From: an uncultured Methanosarcinales archaeon
GTDB taxonomy: Archaea; Halobacteriota; Methanosarcinia; Methanotrichales; Methanotrichaceae
Assembly (NCBI GenBank): GCA_963843555.1
Contig: CAWJKV010000010.1
Span: 32,001-96,000 of the forward strand
DNA: 64,000 nt
Reading direction: 5' to 3'
Translations under genes and position numbers: made by a program
The notes under the pieces: generated by a model
The model's database searches: none
What the model was told of the DNA's origin: nothing
The model's input: the letters and a program-made list of their open reading frames with translations, nothing else
Shown: positions 63,410 through 64,000 of the stretch, in pieces
Layout of the letters: each line of letters opens with the position of its first letter
How positions within the stretch are numbered: position 1 is the first letter of the stretch

Positions 63410-63780
63410 TGATACGACCCTAATAAATACCTATTACCAGTTACCCAACCTCATTGATATCCATCATGATGCAAACCGCTACCCTCAATAGTGACTGATC
63501 ATTTGGGTACGCCCCTGGTACGCGACTTCTTCGTTTCAGCTCCTTGTTGATTCTCTCCAGGCCGTTCGTAGATCGGATCCTTCTCCAGTGTTGTCTTGGA
63601 AACGATTTGTAATTCCAAAGGTCGAAATCGGAAACTATCAATTGTATCTGCAGACTTTTTGTATCCTTTATCGTCAAGAACAACTGCCAGTTTCTGCATC
63701 TTGGCCTCATCTTCAAGAATATCCGCCAGCATATAAGCAGCCTCCTTTTTATCTTTCTTCGGTATGTTCTTGAGCACGGC
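63410..63780 (-). mobile_element. IS256-family transposase C-terminal fragment (pseudogene)
   Basis: FPRQHWRRIRSTNGLERINKELKRR...YPNDQSLLR, frameshifted and 5'-truncated. Confidence 0.85.
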
Positions 63781-63797
63781 AGTCAGATATGTTCATG

Positions 63798-63841
63798 GCT
63801 CTGTGTCCCCCCTAAAGTTTGGCGACTTGGGGATACAGGGC
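63798..63841. repeat. 13-bp imperfect inverted repeat (hairpin)
   Basis: GCTCTGTGTCCCC...GGGGATACAGGGC, with 11 Watson-Crick and 2 G.T pairs. Confidence 0.6.
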
Positions 63842-64000
63842 TACTATATCTCGTGAGAAATAACTAGCTGTTATCTGGTGAACTGCAAGTTGGTTCCTGG
63901 ATATTATTGTGAAATTACATCAAAACTGGCACGCTACCAGGTATACTTGTGGAAACGTTCAGTTCTTTATACGAACATGCCCAAATATACTATCGTCTGA

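Noticed and set aside
1..64000. CRISPR array, cas genes, rRNA
   Set aside because: No regularly spaced repeat-spacer units, cas motifs or rRNA signatures were seen by eye.
54500..64000. Integrated element at tRNA-His
   Set aside because: No integrase and no duplicated tRNA 3' end (att site) found in the window.

Overview
This is archaeal DNA, most likely from an acetoclastic methanogen of the Methanothrix (Methanosaeta) group, inferred from a complete ACDS/CODH operon, methanogen-type SerRS, DUF39-CBS/NIL-ferredoxin homocysteine genes, class III RNR, TFE and GGTGA/GGAGG RBSs. Core content: cdhA-B-C-cooC-cdhD-cdhE, cobD/cbiB, iorAB, archease-rtcB-trmJ, rps15-DHH-pcc1-serS, nrdD, sod and tRNA-His(GTG). 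Accessory content: an ABC/OB-fold module whose ATPase is truncated next to a GT2 gene, a toxin-antitoxin relic patch (41.9-43.3 kb), orphan genes with a nuclease (54.5-57 kb), a cell-surface cluster and an IS256 fragment. The best candidate for a novel system is two paralogous 55- and 57-aa microprotein genes inside the cdh operon. They look like the C-terminal tail that CdhC carries in Methanosarcina-type ACDS, while this CdhC ends in a different, helical domain. Many genes outside 7-37 kb have single-base frameshifts, probably sequencing errors. No CRISPR array or rRNA was seen. Family assignments come from motif recognition, not database searches.
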